A DNA stretch of 64,000 bases from an uncultured Nitrososphaerales archaeon (GTDB lineage: Archaea; Thermoproteota; Nitrososphaeria; Nitrososphaerales; Nitrososphaeraceae), in the NCBI GenBank assembly GCA_963709405.1, contig CAVPXM010000020.1:32001-96000 (forward strand), given 5' to 3'. Numbering within the stretch: the first letter of the stretch is position 1; each line of letters begins with the position of its first letter. The position numbers and the translations under genes are program-made. Under the pieces are notes generated by a model. That model made no database searches, was not told the origin of the DNA, and saw only the letters and a program-made list of their open reading frames with translations. This document shows, in pieces, positions 48,257-59,676 of this stretch.

Positions 48257-49420
48257 TTATCGGAGCGGATCTTCCTTCTCGTTTCTATATGCTTGTATGG
48301 GATGCACAGCCTTTGAATCTAGAAATGACTTTTTAATGAACTGCGACGATATTGAACCTGAAATAAATGCTTCTATTATTCGATTAATACACACTTGCTC
48401 CAACTCTTTTATCATTCTATTAAAGAATTGTTCTGCTACGTTTACTATAATCTTCGAGTAAGCAATGTCATCAATAGAATTTTCTTGTTGATAGCATAAC
48501 TGTTCATTTGTAGACAGTCCATGATTATACTGGTCAATCATACCAAATTCCGCTAGTTGTGTCTCTGTTGTTGTTATAGCAACCGCTGATAAATTATAAT
48601 AAAGAATTTTGAATTTTACAGGATCTCTTCGACATGACTCTATAACCGATTGAAGGGCTACTAGCAATACATGTCTATGATTCATTAATCTTTGTTCAAT
48701 TATTTGTTTGACAAATTCTTTAATCCTTTGAAGACTTTCATTGTTATCATGAAAATGTCTAACAACAGATTCTAGTTTTTCTTTTTGCAATCGCAACTTA
48801 GATAGCTCAAGGCGCTCTTCCTTGCAGGATGAACGATACTGATTTAATATCTTGGATTCCTCTGATATGTCGTTGCTTAATTGTTGAAAGGTTCTAGCCG
48901 TTTCCAAATTCTTGGTGTTTAAAGATGTCTCTTCAAGTTTGAGATCTTGGCATTTTCGTTCAATTGATTGAATATCATTATTGGCTATTTTAAGCAAGTT
49001 AACTACTTGTAATACATCCATTTTTGCAGCCTTTGCTGCTTTACACAAATTTACAAAATATGATATATCATCCTTAAATTCTAAATACAGCTTGGTAATA
49101 TCATCAAGTTCGCGTAACCTCAAATATTCCATATAGTATTGAGCTACCTGAGCTTGTCCGAGGTTTAACTTGATGGCCACTTTAAGTGTCGTATTACCTT
49201 TAGAAAAAAGTTCATAGGCTTGTACGAACAAGGATTTATGTTCCTGTCGCTCTTTTTCTTCCTTTGTCTTGTTTACAATCTCCCCAATATCACGAAGAGA
49301 TATTTTCATCTCTTTAGCTATCTGCCTATAATTTTTGTTCTGATTAAAGTGTAGGTCTAAAACACGTTCTTCTCTTTCTTTCTTGCTCAATATGCGATTT
49401 GAATCAAATTCTTTTGTCAT
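48257..49420 (-). CDS. HTH + coiled-coil family protein (intact, 387 aa)
   Basis: KKEREERVLDLHFNQNKNYRQIAKEMKISLRDI, second HTH-like AYELFSKG..VAIKLNL, long heptad-rich region. Confidence 0.8.
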   Translation of the reverse strand: MTKEFDSNRILSKKEREERVLDLHFNQNKNYRQIAKEMKISLRDIGEIVNKTKEEKERQEHKSLFVQAYELFSKGNTTLKVAIKLNLGQAQVAQYYMEYLRLRELDDITKLYLEFKDDISYFVNLCKAAKAAKMDVLQVVNLLKIANNDIQSIERKCQDLKLEETSLNTKNLETARTFQQLSNDISEESKILNQYRSSCKEERLELSKLRLQKEKLESVVRHFHDNNESLQRIKEFVKQIIEQRLMNHRHVLLVALQSVIESCRRDPVKFKILYYNLSAVAITTTETQLAEFGMIDQYNHGLSTNEQLCYQQENSIDDIAYSKIIVNVAEQFFNRMIKELEQVCINRIIEAFISGSISSQFIKKSFLDSKAVHPIQAYRNEKEDPLR

Positions 49421-49463
49421 GTCAAACCATATTATAAAAGCTGCATTTAAAATAAAAATAACC

Positions 49464-49573
49464 TGCTACCAGCATGTACATCATGCTACCAACATTTTTT
49501 CATGTGTAGCCTAGTTGTCTCCTCTTGTTGTCATGCTATTGTCATATGTTACCTTCTACCTTCATGTGTTATC
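49464..49573 (-). promoter_or_regulatory. Degenerate heptamer array upstream of HTH/coiled-coil gene
   Basis: + strand: TGCTACC 49464 and 49484, TGTTGTC 49526, TATTGTC 49537, TGTTACC 49547, TGTTATC 49567. Confidence 0.5.
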
Positions 49574-49925
49574 ATGCAATTTTTACTGAACTCAAAATGG
49601 CTCTTTTGAGAAGAGTGGATTGTGCTAAAGAATTTTTGCAATTAATTACATGTTAATGAAAAACGCAATAGCAACAACAAGAAATGATTCTACACCAACC
49701 AATCAACCATAATGATGCTTAGCAACTTTTCCAGATATTTTCAATCACGATATACCTACTATTATTACGTCCTTACTTGCATGGCTCTTAAGTAAAAAGG
49801 CAAAAAAGGAAAATGATATCATTTATAACAACTATATGTGAAAAGGCAATATTTACTCACTGAATATCTTTAATATAAGTGCCTAAATCCAGAGAAGCCA
49901 GTTCATAGAGGTTAACTAGTTAGTT

Positions 49926-51090
49926 GAGGCTTGGGCATATTCCAGATCCATATTTTATGTCTATAATGAATTAGGATAAAGCTATCCTTTGAGTGTCTGA
50001 ATTTGTGATGAAACATAATCAAACATTCCCAAAGGATAGCATATGGTAGTAAATGTGAATCTATTCTTTTTAGTATTCTGTACTTGATAGGTTCGATACC
50101 GTGGTCAGAATCGCAAAAGGGAAGAAGGGGCAGACCATATGTTTATTCTCCCACTGTAATTCTGAGATGTTTCATAGTTAGGCTATGGTTTAGACTGGAT
50201 TCTAACAATGCATTACATGAATTCCTAGAATTGGATTATCCTTACAATAAGATAATGAAAAGATGTGGTCTTACCCAAATACCAGACAGGCGAACATTTG
50301 ACAGACGACTTAAGACCATATCCACAGACATCAAAAAAAGGATTACTATCATGACCTGCATGTTTGTATGCGAAAAGATGATAAATCCATACATTGTTGC
50401 AATAGATAGTACTTTACTGAAAGCCAAAGGACATGTTTGGCACAAATCATCTATGAACAAAGGTATAGTACCATGTTCTGGCATAGATACTGACGCAAGA
50501 TGGGGATTCAGCCATACTAAAGGATGGATATTTGGTTACAAACTACATATGATATCAAGTACTGGTTCCGTCATAGTCCCATTAGCAGCAGATTTTACAA
50601 CTGCTAATGTACAAGATAATCAAATGTACAATCCGATGATATCATCATCATCTCTGTCTCCAGAAACATGTTTCATGATAGGCGATTCTGGGTATGACGA
50701 CCATAAACTATATGGCTTGAGTACTAAAAGAGGATTTGAACTGGTATGTCCAGTACAAAGATATGAACATACCCCTACTGACAGACTTGAGCTGATACAA
50801 TTCTATGAATCTGAGTTAGGACAGGCTATTTACTCTTGGAGAAGTAAATCGATAGAACCACTAATAGAACATATTAAATCTGTTTTTAGAATAGACCCAT
50901 TACCAGTAAGAGGCTACCATAAGGCTGCTGGAATAGCACTTCTGTCAGTACTACTATATCAGATCCTTGTCTACTACAATTATAAAACCAGACGTAGTCA
51001 ACGACCAAAATCAATCAAACACATGTTATGTAGTTAATATGTTACCAAATAATATATGAAAAATATAGAATTCAATTATGTCCAAGCCTC
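49926..51090 (+). mobile_element. IS5-like (DDE_Tnp_1) insertion sequence
   Basis: TIRs GAGGCTTGGGCATA / TATGTCCAAGCCTC; 8-bp target duplication AGTTAGTT (49918-25, 51091-98); transposase 50084-51037 with IDST, GYKLH, DSGYD, R..IE. Confidence 0.92.
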
Positions 51091-51260
51091 AGTTAGTTAT
51101 GTTTTAGGCGTGGTTAGCCAAATAGTCTGCGCTCTTTTTCTAGCTAACTTATTTTACTATATCGTTTTCCGTTATCACAATTATAATCTTTGCAGTTTCA
51201 AAAATTTGGAACTCTTGACAAATTAAGTGTGCGATAATGTATTACATTATCGTCTGAGTG

Positions 51261-53009
51261 TCAACTAATTCTTGGAAAAAATATAGGAATAAGAGATTTC
51301 TCAACCGAAGGATCCTTGATGTAAATGAACTTTGAAACTTCCTTAGAATCAATAATCTGTTGTAACAAAGATAGACAGTCTGGCGTGGTCGCAAAAACAA
51401 GTTTCCAGAAATCATCAACCTTCACATTTCTGTTGATTGGGAATCTGCATCTTATTCCTTTCCATGATATTTGCCTGTTTCTTGGCGCCTTACCTCTTTT
51501 GGGTGTTGGCGGAGTCTTAACACATCCATCAATTTCACATACTTTTACTCTTTGTCTCTTGACGATAATAATACCTTCATCGTCTCTCAGCTCATTAGGT
51601 TTGCCATCCTGATCTTTGAAAGTAGGCAGAAATACTTCGCTATACCATTTCGCAATATATGGCCTAAGACTGCTTGCTGCCCTTTCCATAAGCTCAAGAG
51701 TCTCTTTCAAGTCATCAAGAATCATTATAGGGTAAGACTGACAAGTTTCTTTATCCAGTATCTTAGGCCTACAATCCATATGTATCTTTGTAATGATTGC
51801 AAGGTATTTCATTAGCCTTCCCTGTACTGTCATACTCCATACTTGGTTTTCAGAAACTGGAATTGATTCTGATATAGCTTCGGTAATAGGAATTGGAATC
51901 ATGATACCAGAGTCCTTTGGCTTTAAATTTACGCTATGTTGCCTGAGTTTTGCAATTATGACTTTTATTATGTGTCTGCACTTTTCCTTGTCTTCTCTTC
52001 CGACTACTAGTGCATCATATTCTTCTGGAAGACAGCCGTACTTATATCCAATTAATTTGTTTGCTGCCTTTATCTTTTCTTTACTTGTATCAGGTGTTAT
52101 ATTGATAAACCTTCTATTCTTTTCATCAAAACGCAATCCTCTAGTATCATCTATTACTCGTGTAGTGAATAACACAGGCATACCTCTTAACCTGTTAACT
52201 CTTGTTCGCAATTGACCGGAAACAGACTTCTCAGCAAAGGTATATTTTTGATCGCGTGGGGTGTCCTGTGATATCAGACTCATTAGTACGCTAAGTAACG
52301 AGTCTTGAGGAGTGTCTAGACATAAAATTATCTGATTGTCTAGCTCTATTAACTTCTCAGCATTGTTCTTAACGTCCTTGATCCGCGCTTCAATTACCTT
52401 AATCTCTTTCCTATCCTGCCTGGATAGCTTGTCTTTTTCCTGAATTTCTTCTATTTGTAATTCTAGTTCGCTTATTAGTGGAGCTATTGCACGAGTCTCC
52501 TCTTCGTCAGTTTCTTCGTTATATTCCGATGTCACTAGAGTACCTGGACGATGAACTAGGGCCTTGTCAGACATACCAGCCAGCTCTATAATGTATTTAC
52601 TGGGAAAATATCCAGCTACAGTAACTAGTAGGTACGTCTTACCTGCTCCTGAGTCCCTCGAATTAATAGCGTGAGGGATGGGGCATTTAGTAAATGCACT
52701 ACAATAACCATAAAATAGCTGCTTAATAGATACTTCATCATATTCTGCTTCTTTTTTCATCGTAGAAATAACAAGAGCAATATCCTCTGTTGTTAGTTTT
52801 TCATTAGCAAGCTGCTCATCAGAATTGGGCTTTGCCAATCGGATCTCTGTTTCTTTGTTTCCTGAAGATTCTGACTCTTCTTGTATTGAATCATTCCCTT
52901 CCTCATGGGATTGACAGCTATCCGAGCTGAGACCTCGAAGCAGATCGTCTGGATCTTTCTGCCCATTCTCCGGTCCCATATCTTTGTTTGGGTTACTATC
53001 ACCTATCAT
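51261..53009 (-). CDS. P-loop NTPase, putative mobile-element helicase/primase-associated ATPase
   Basis: Walker A SGAGKT, coiled-coil insert, CLD Walker B-like, EKNRRF arginine-finger-like. Confidence 0.65.
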   Translation of the reverse strand: MIGDSNPNKDMGPENGQKDPDDLLRGLSSDSCQSHEEGNDSIQEESESSGNKETEIRLAKPNSDEQLANEKLTTEDIALVISTMKKEAEYDEVSIKQLFYGYCSAFTKCPIPHAINSRDSGAGKTYLLVTVAGYFPSKYIIELAGMSDKALVHRPGTLVTSEYNEETDEEETRAIAPLISELELQIEEIQEKDKLSRQDRKEIKVIEARIKDVKNNAEKLIELDNQIILCLDTPQDSLLSVLMSLISQDTPRDQKYTFAEKSVSGQLRTRVNRLRGMPVLFTTRVIDDTRGLRFDEKNRRFINITPDTSKEKIKAANKLIGYKYGCLPEEYDALVVGREDKEKCRHIIKVIIAKLRQHSVNLKPKDSGIMIPIPITEAISESIPVSENQVWSMTVQGRLMKYLAIITKIHMDCRPKILDKETCQSYPIMILDDLKETLELMERAASSLRPYIAKWYSEVFLPTFKDQDGKPNELRDDEGIIIVKRQRVKVCEIDGCVKTPPTPKRGKAPRNRQISWKGIRCRFPINRNVKVDDFWKLVFATTPDCLSLLQQIIDSKEVSKFIYIKDPSVEKSLIPIFFPRIS

Positions 53010-53012
53010 GGC

Positions 53013-53444
53013 TTAAATAAACTCCCATCTTAATGGCTCATTCTCGATATATTGATAGAAAGCCATTTTACGTCGGGCTCTGAAAATTCTAAACACGGCC
53101 TGAGTTACGATTCTATTAACTGATTCTATGGGCAGGGCGGCAAGCTCAGCCCTTAGTCTTGGAGAAAAATCTTCCAGATGCAGATGAAATCTTGGCTTAT
53201 ATTTGGCATTCTTACCTTCGAAGTTACCAATACTTCTTAGACCAGCATATTTGTCAGCTTGATAAAAATACCTATTAAGCTGCCCTATAGCTATTTTTTG
53301 TCGCCTTTACTTCAACGGTCTTCTGGCACTCGCACATCTGCAAATATAGTTCATCTTCGATGAAGCTAGAGAGCCAGTGAATTTCTTTCGCATTAAATTT
53401 CCAATCAGCCAAAAAGGCCGGTGGGACAAATACCTTCTCTTCAT
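53013..53444 (-). pseudogene. Disrupted hypothetical ORF between Toprim and ATPase genes
   Basis: Long frame EKVFVPPAFLADW...PLRWEFI* with internal TAA TAG; abuts both neighbours. Confidence 0.4.
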
Positions 53445-54389
53445 TCATTTCCTTAGAGGCACGAACCGAACGCTTTCGTTTACAAGTCGCTGTATATCTC
53501 GGGAGCTGAACTCATTAAGTGAATCCTTATGTATTTGTTTATCAAAATATTGATCCACTGAGCCAAGCACCAGCCTTCTTAATCTCTCGGGGTCTTTCTG
53601 CAAAGCATCAGTTTCGATTTGATATAGTCCGCCATTTTCTTTAGCAAATGCATTCGCATTTGGATCACGTCTTAATTTCTCTAAAACTTGCGGATCAGGA
53701 TTCTTCAGGTGGTCTAGACCAAAGTCCACAATCTGCGACTTTCTCAGTGCAGTTCTCTCAAAATGAATGCCATAACCTCGAAGTTTCTGTCCGAGATTGT
53801 AGGACATTCTGAGACCTGTCGGATCATAATCACCAAAATAAAGAACGTGGACGATCTTACCTTGTCGTTTCTTAGAAAGTAATCGCTGAATATTGTTGTA
53901 TTCGTACGTGATACTCGACCACCCGCGATTAGGAACAATACGGACTTGTCTATCTTTCAAGATTTCCTGGAATGTTCCAACAACTGCATCTTTTTCTATA
54001 AATACTTCGACATAATGACGCTGATCATACCATCTTGGTATAGTATGATGGTATGATCTGTGTAAGTGTCGCAGTTTACCCAGGAAATAGTTTATAAATT
54101 CAATTGGTTCCCAATATCTATCGTCAATTTCAATTATGTGCCTGCTGTTATCGACAAAGGAGTCCATTGGAATTAGTTTCTTCTTTCTGGCGGTAGAAAG
54201 TGCCTTCACGAGACCCTTATATGCAGGTGTTGTAAGTGGTATGACCTGATCGGACCCGGCCCTATAAAATATCCCTCTTATCGTAGGCTTGAAACCGGTG
54301 TATTCGTTGTCTAGCAGATGCCTAACGTATGGTATTACAAAGTCAACCCAGTCGATCACTTTTGTTGCAGCATTGCTGGCGGTGATCAT
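53445..54389 (-). CDS. Topoisomerase VI-A/Spo11-like Toprim protein (Mini-A type)
   Basis: TIRGIFYR (WHD tyrosine), VEVFIEKDA (Toprim Glu), YFGDYDPTG (DxD), ETDAL. Confidence 0.75.
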   Translation of the reverse strand: MITASNAATKVIDWVDFVIPYVRHLLDNEYTGFKPTIRGIFYRAGSDQVIPLTTPAYKGLVKALSTARKKKLIPMDSFVDNSRHIIEIDDRYWEPIEFINYFLGKLRHLHRSYHHTIPRWYDQRHYVEVFIEKDAVVGTFQEILKDRQVRIVPNRGWSSITYEYNNIQRLLSKKRQGKIVHVLYFGDYDPTGLRMSYNLGQKLRGYGIHFERTALRKSQIVDFGLDHLKNPDPQVLEKLRRDPNANAFAKENGGLYQIETDALQKDPERLRRLVLGSVDQYFDKQIHKDSLNEFSSRDIQRLVNESVRFVPLRK

Positions 54390-55230
54390 GACCCAAGTGC
54401 CCCCTGTGCTAGAATTTTATTACCATTAATTTCTGAAGTCTCGTGATTTTTTGACTTTTGCAGTCTGCCTGTGAAGAATAGATAATATATAAATATTTAT
54501 CTTATAAGCTCTACTCAGAGATGATAGTTATCTATCTTTAATCTTGGTTAAGAATCCTCTGTTCTATAATTAATTTTTTGAACTGAAAAATGATTTTGGC
54601 ACGTGAATCATAGTAATTCTAAAAGACATTGTTACATTATAGTGCCGAGATCCTTTTAACTGTCTGAACCTGTAATAATTACAATATTCATAATTAATTC
54701 GTTTCAATCAATAGTCTTTTCAAGCTCATTCTAGGTCCATTTTGTTGACATAAGTATTCAAAATGAGAGCGTTTACTGAGCATAAACACTCTGACAATCT
54801 AATAGAATTTAAAAGGTACATGGCAAACGAAGGTAAAAAAATCTGAAATGGCTCCGGAATATATAACTGACATAGAATTACCCATCGGAATACATTTTGA
54901 AGTGCTATTGTATCATCTTTAAAACATAACCAGATAAACAGAATGATACATCTAATATAAAACAATATTCAGCGATTATGACTAAGCTGACATAGGATCT
55001 TTTTGTCTGCTCAAGCATATCTTGTTGTAGTTTATTCTATCATTTGTATAATTTCATCATGTAATGATCCAAATTCATTGCTCATCACACAACTTTCCCA
55101 TCATCTGTCCGGTTAATATTGCTAGTGATTTAATCATGATTTTCATTTTTTATCGCCATTGTAAACTTGAATCACATACTGTTGAGACCATAGTCAAGGT
55201 GTACCAGGCTATAGTGTGGATAAGAATCCC

Positions 55231-55944
55231 TCACTTTCTTATCCTATACTTGTTCATAATTCGTAGTACTTCTTCATCACTCACCTGGCTGAAATCTTCG
55301 TAGAATGCTCCGACTGCTCCAAAGGGCTCAGGTGTTTCCAAGAATACTACTTGATTTACTCCTTCTTCCCCTTCTAGTTTTTGAATGGCATCTTTGGGAG
55401 CAACTGGGATTGCTACAATTAAAGTTTCTGGTTTTTGTTCTCTTATCCACTGTATCGCGGCGAAAACAGACGCACCTGTAGCAATACCATCGTCAACCAA
55501 AATTATAGTCTTGCCTCTTAGATTGTATTCTTGTGAATGTCTGAACAATAAGAGACGACGTTGAATTTCTTTCATTTGAATTGCTATATTTTTCTTAATG
55601 TAATCATTAGAAATTTGCAAGATCCGTATTAAATCAGAATTTGCAAAGAAACTACCGTCGTGCATTACTGCGCCTATTGCGAGCTCTGGATTATCTGGAG
55701 CGCCAATCTTTCTTGAGACAATTATGTCTAAATCTAATCCAAGAATTGAAGCTAAGACATCACCAGTTACTACACCTCCCCTAGGTATAGCTAGGATTTG
55801 GGTATTAGATCTGTTATCGCTATCCTCATTCTTATTCTTGTCTAAGAGCGATCTTAATCGTTCTGCTAGTCGTCGACCGGCATCCTCTCTATTCTCGAAT
55901 ATGGTATAGTTGGTATCATCATCGCGTCCAAATCGATTATACAT
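55231..55944 (-). CDS. Type I phosphoribosyltransferase
   Basis: FENREDAGRRLA, AIPRGG, RKIGAP.NPELAIGA, ILVDDGIATG; likely start ATG 55944. Confidence 0.88.
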   Translation of the reverse strand: MYNRFGRDDDTNYTIFENREDAGRRLAERLRSLLDKNKNEDSDNRSNTQILAIPRGGVVTGDVLASILGLDLDIIVSRKIGAPDNPELAIGAVMHDGSFFANSDLIRILQISNDYIKKNIAIQMKEIQRRLLLFRHSQEYNLRGKTIILVDDGIATGASVFAAIQWIREQKPETLIVAIPVAPKDAIQKLEGEEGVNQVVFLETPEPFGAVGAFYEDFSQVSDEEVLRIMNKYRIRK

Positions 55945-55999
55945 GTCACTGGTTATTAGGATCCATTTAGCTAAATATGAGTTATAACTAGGACCGTGT

Positions 56000-56610
56000 C
56001 CTTCACCTAAAATTCCCATCACTCTTGCGGCGTGTTCATTATAGACTTTTCCAACTTTTTTAATTTCAAGTGAATGATTTCCTGATCCCGAGCTACCAAG
56101 TTGCGGACTTCCTCTTCTTTTTGCAATATTCGAGACTTTGGAAGGATCTGCCCCTTCAACACAACCATTTTCTTCACATACTTCTAAATCCTTATCTAGC
56201 CATCCATACCCATTCTTGATAGCGCATTGCATACCATTAGATAAGACGTGACTTAGTTCCGATTCAATAAGCGGTATTCGTCCTCGGCTTACAACTCCGC
56301 TAGGAATAGCTTCGAATAATGTATCTATTAGAACAGGGATCTTTTCCCTTCTCGCTGTGGCTTCATATCTACCGCAGTTACACCACCTATAGGAAAACCA
56401 TATCCTTTATGACCATCAAACAGTACAGCAACAGGTCCAACTATGTCTTGTAATGCTTTAACATTGACCGCTTGATCTATAGCACGATCAGATGCCATAA
56501 AGGAAGCCAGTGTATCGTGGGCATAGATACTGACAGGAATCTCCATGCCTTTCGCAGGATCCTGTTGAACGATGAATTCAAAATCACTTACTTTCCTAAC
56601 TTGATAATTG
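56000..56610 (-). pseudogene. rtcB: RtcB RNA ligase relic (internal and C-terminal deletions)
   Basis: DQAVNV..DGHKGYGFPIGGV, IPSGV, CEENG..GADPSKVS..RRG.PQLGS.GSGNH.LEI; GYDINC motif absent. Confidence 0.85.
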
Positions 56611-56784
56611 CTATATTTCGTGAAGAATTCTGCGGATTCTATGATATTTGAGCTGACGCCTTTTATTGATCTTCCTACTTTCTCCTAGAACTCATGTTTT
56701 AGAAGAATTTTGAATATCAAGTTATGTTTGGAGTGAATATCAGCCTCAACGTAAGTGCAGGCACAAGACACCTAATTACCGCCA

Positions 56785-57285
56785 TTATTTACCTAGCCTT
56801 TCAACCTCTACAAACCTAGACATTGCCTTTAGCGTGGGATCAGCTTTATTTTCCTCGTACATTCTCCTAGCCAAATCCGAAGAAGTAATGATTCCCAGCA
56901 GAGTGTTGTCACGGACAATAGGTAATCTTCGTATCTTGTACTTGGTCATAATTAGCGCGGCATCATAGACGCTGGCTTCCGGTCCCACAGTAATAAGAGG
57001 TTTAGACATTATTTCATACGCCGTGGTCGTTTTTGGGTCCTTAGATTCAGCAACAACTCTTCGTACTATATCTCGTTCTGTAATTATACCTGCCGGCATA
57101 GTCGTTGTTTTACTTCCATCGCTCGTAGTAGCATATTCCGTTACTATTACTGATCCTCTGCCTTTCTCTTTCATCTGGTTAGCCAAATCAACTACATTGT
57201 CTAATGCATTGACTGTCTCAAGCGGTAACGTAGTCATTAAGATCTCTACTGAGAGAGTCTTATCATCAACATTAGGGGTTGACAT
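56785..57285 (-). CDS. CBS-domain pair protein
   Basis: GIITERDIVRRV..MSKPLITV..IRRLPIV..GIITSSD. Confidence 0.9.
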   Translation of the reverse strand: MSTPNVDDKTLSVEILMTTLPLETVNALDNVVDLANQMKEKGRGSVIVTEYATTSDGSKTTTMPAGIITERDIVRRVVAESKDPKTTTAYEIMSKPLITVGPEASVYDAALIMTKYKIRRLPIVRDNTLLGIITSSDLARRMYEENKADPTLKAMSRFVEVERLGK

Positions 57286-57701
57286 GTATATTCAAGACCA
57301 ATCAATCGATATATATTATGATATGGATTGCAGTGCAATGCAAATTGTGGCTTAAGAACGGAAATGTCGCCGTCAATTCCTTCACGTCCTAGAATAAACT
57401 TTATACAGTTAGTTTTTCCAGAAAATCAGATATAGAAATAAAAGGACTAAGCCAGAGTACAATTATAGTGAGATACTGGTACCTCAGTCTTGAAACAGCA
57501 TTAGATAATCTGAAAAATGGAGGTGGGCAGAGTTCTTCTATAGGAGATTGTGCTGCAAGTGAGCTATGCCGTATTTTCGACGATAGAAATTGGAGCAATC
57601 ATGACAGAAAACTATTGATATTATTTTCTTATTTTATTTATTAGTGAAACATGATTTTTTAATGCAAATGTACTTTGAACTTACTTCAAACAATCTGTGC
57701 A

Positions 57702-58250
57702 TCATTTGAGACTATGGGAATCAGAATTATTATTATTATTATCGGCTGCTTTTGCGGTTATCTTTGCATTATTATAAAAATCAGTATTGTTTAACAGAGC
57801 AGATTCTATAAGTATGAGTATTATGCCAAATGGCTCCACTTCATAATTCATTGATTCAGATAATCCTTTTAGTGGAAACTTGGTGCCGCAATGGGCTGCA
57901 CTAAAAGGAAATCCAGAGTACACTTCCAAATGGAACTTATATTTATTATTCTGCATCCTCTTTGTCTCCTCATTATTGGAAATACCTGCTGCGTTACTCT
58001 TATTGCTCCAAACAAATTGGTTTCAAATTGTGCTTTTATTTCCAACAGAAATATCTCCGACAGATCCAATAAGGCCATAACCAGCATTATTTACAAGTAT
58101 GTCAATCCTTCCTTTTTCGGATTTTATTTTTTCTATTGTGATTTTTACTGATAAATCATCGTTAACATCTGGCTTAATGGCTTGTTGTGGCAACACACGT
58201 TCTTTATTTGCTACCGCCATGATGCTTGTAAATTTTCTACGTTTCCTGAA
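57702..58250 (-). pseudogene. Short-chain dehydrogenase/reductase relic
   Basis: GRIDILVNNAGYG, QFETNLFGAIRVTQ, IINISS, FSAAHCGTKF in different frames. Confidence 0.8.
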
Positions 58251-58309
58251 AAAGTAAAAAAGATAGCATTTACATAAATAGTACTATTCATTAATCCAGA
58301 ATTGGATCG

Positions 58310-59272
58310 ATGCAAAGAAAAGAAAATATTTCGTTATTATTTAAGCATGGTGCTTTGTTGCTCATACCTGTCACACTTGTATTTTTTAGTTATTCTCATC
58401 CTAATATCGGTTTTTTCGTTTATGGCCAAAGTACTAATAACAATAGTGCTATAAATACAAATAATAGCATCACAAATTCAACTAAACCTCTTGAACCTAG
58501 TGCAAATCCGACTGTCGGATCAATAATCAAGTTTAATAATCTACCTTCAAATTCGCTAGGTAAGAGTGCTATTGTAGAGTCTAACAATACTCTAAACGGT
58601 TATAACAATAACACACTGCTTAGGCCAAATGCTACTATTACGAATAGTAGTGAGAGTGCTAACTATTTTCCATCCTCTTCCACCGAAAATATGACTGGTG
58701 CTCAACAAGGGGATGGTCAAGAGATCGATACAGGGAATGAGGGAGAGCAAGCCTTGACTGTTTCAGAAGCTCAAGCAATTAAAGCAAATCTTGTCATACC
58801 TGATAGTTCTCCATTTAAGAGCGATCAATGCACTCCTGTTGGTAGTATTGAAAAATTCGTACCTAATCCATTTATGAAAGACTTGGCCACAACACGCTTT
58901 ATTGTAGGAAATTGTATCACGGTAACTGGGAAGGTAACATGGACTCATTATATTAATACAGATGGTGACGCTAACTTTAACATAAAACTTGATAAGAAAT
59001 ATAGTTCACTTTTAACACCTATAAATAAAAATAGTCCGAAATTAAAGGGTGCACTACACATAGAAGTAGTTTGCCAAGGAAAGAATACATCTACCGATCC
59101 GGTTAAGAAAAATCAATGCAAAACTCCTAAATATGATGGCCCTAACTTCATAAAAGTATTGCCAAAAGTAGGAGAGAATGTCCAGGTTACTGGAATATAT
59201 GTAATAGACGTACGTGAAGGAGGACATGCGGAGCTGCATCCTGTATATCAAATCAAGAAAGCCCTGGGATAA
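58310..59272 (+). CDS. Secreted protein with Asn/Ser/Thr linker and OB-fold-like C-terminal domain
   Basis: Signal peptide; CITVTGKV..DGD..LHIEVVC..VTG.YV.D..HAELHPV. Confidence 0.65.
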   Translation: MQRKENISLLFKHGALLLIPVTLVFFSYSHPNIGFFVYGQSTNNNSAINTNNSITNSTKPLEPSANPTVGSIIKFNNLPSNSLGKSAIVESNNTLNGYNNNTLLRPNATITNSSESANYFPSSSTENMTGAQQGDGQEIDTGNEGEQALTVSEAQAIKANLVIPDSSPFKSDQCTPVGSIEKFVPNPFMKDLATTRFIVGNCITVTGKVTWTHYINTDGDANFNIKLDKKYSSLLTPINKNSPKLKGALHIEVVCQGKNTSTDPVKKNQCKTPKYDGPNFIKVLPKVGENVQVTGIYVIDVREGGHAELHPVYQIKKALG

Positions 59273-59676
59273 GCGAGTCAAAAACCGATCTAATTTTCCT
59301 ATTCTTATACCATAGTTTAAATATTCGTCTTATTTTTAGAGCTGATCGGACATTTAGAAATCTCAGCTGCCATTTGTTGGCGTTGAACCAGCAGACGTTA
59401 GATGTCTGATGATGGCAGTAATGCAAAGATTAGAGGATGTTCAGGTACACTTTGCCTTTAGTACAGGTACAGATACCATTACTGACTTTCAGTGAAGTGT
59501 TGATGCAACGACAGCAGATTAGGAGTAATCAAAGATATCTATTGACAAGATCCAATTCTGGTCAACTCATATAATTTGTGTTGGACTAATAATGGCCATC
59601 GAAAATGGGGTTAATTCATTTCAGAAATTCCAGCTACAATATTTTGGCACAAATCAGTCAAATATACTGATAGTCT

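Noticed and set aside
51261-51560. ATPase C-terminus looks like an in-frame fusion to another gene
   Set aside because: Sequence character changes after IIIVK, but this cannot be established without homolog alignment
48180-54740. att-like direct repeats bounding the cryptic element
   Set aside because: Only a short CTCATTC match seen; too weak, and no adjacent integrase or tRNA
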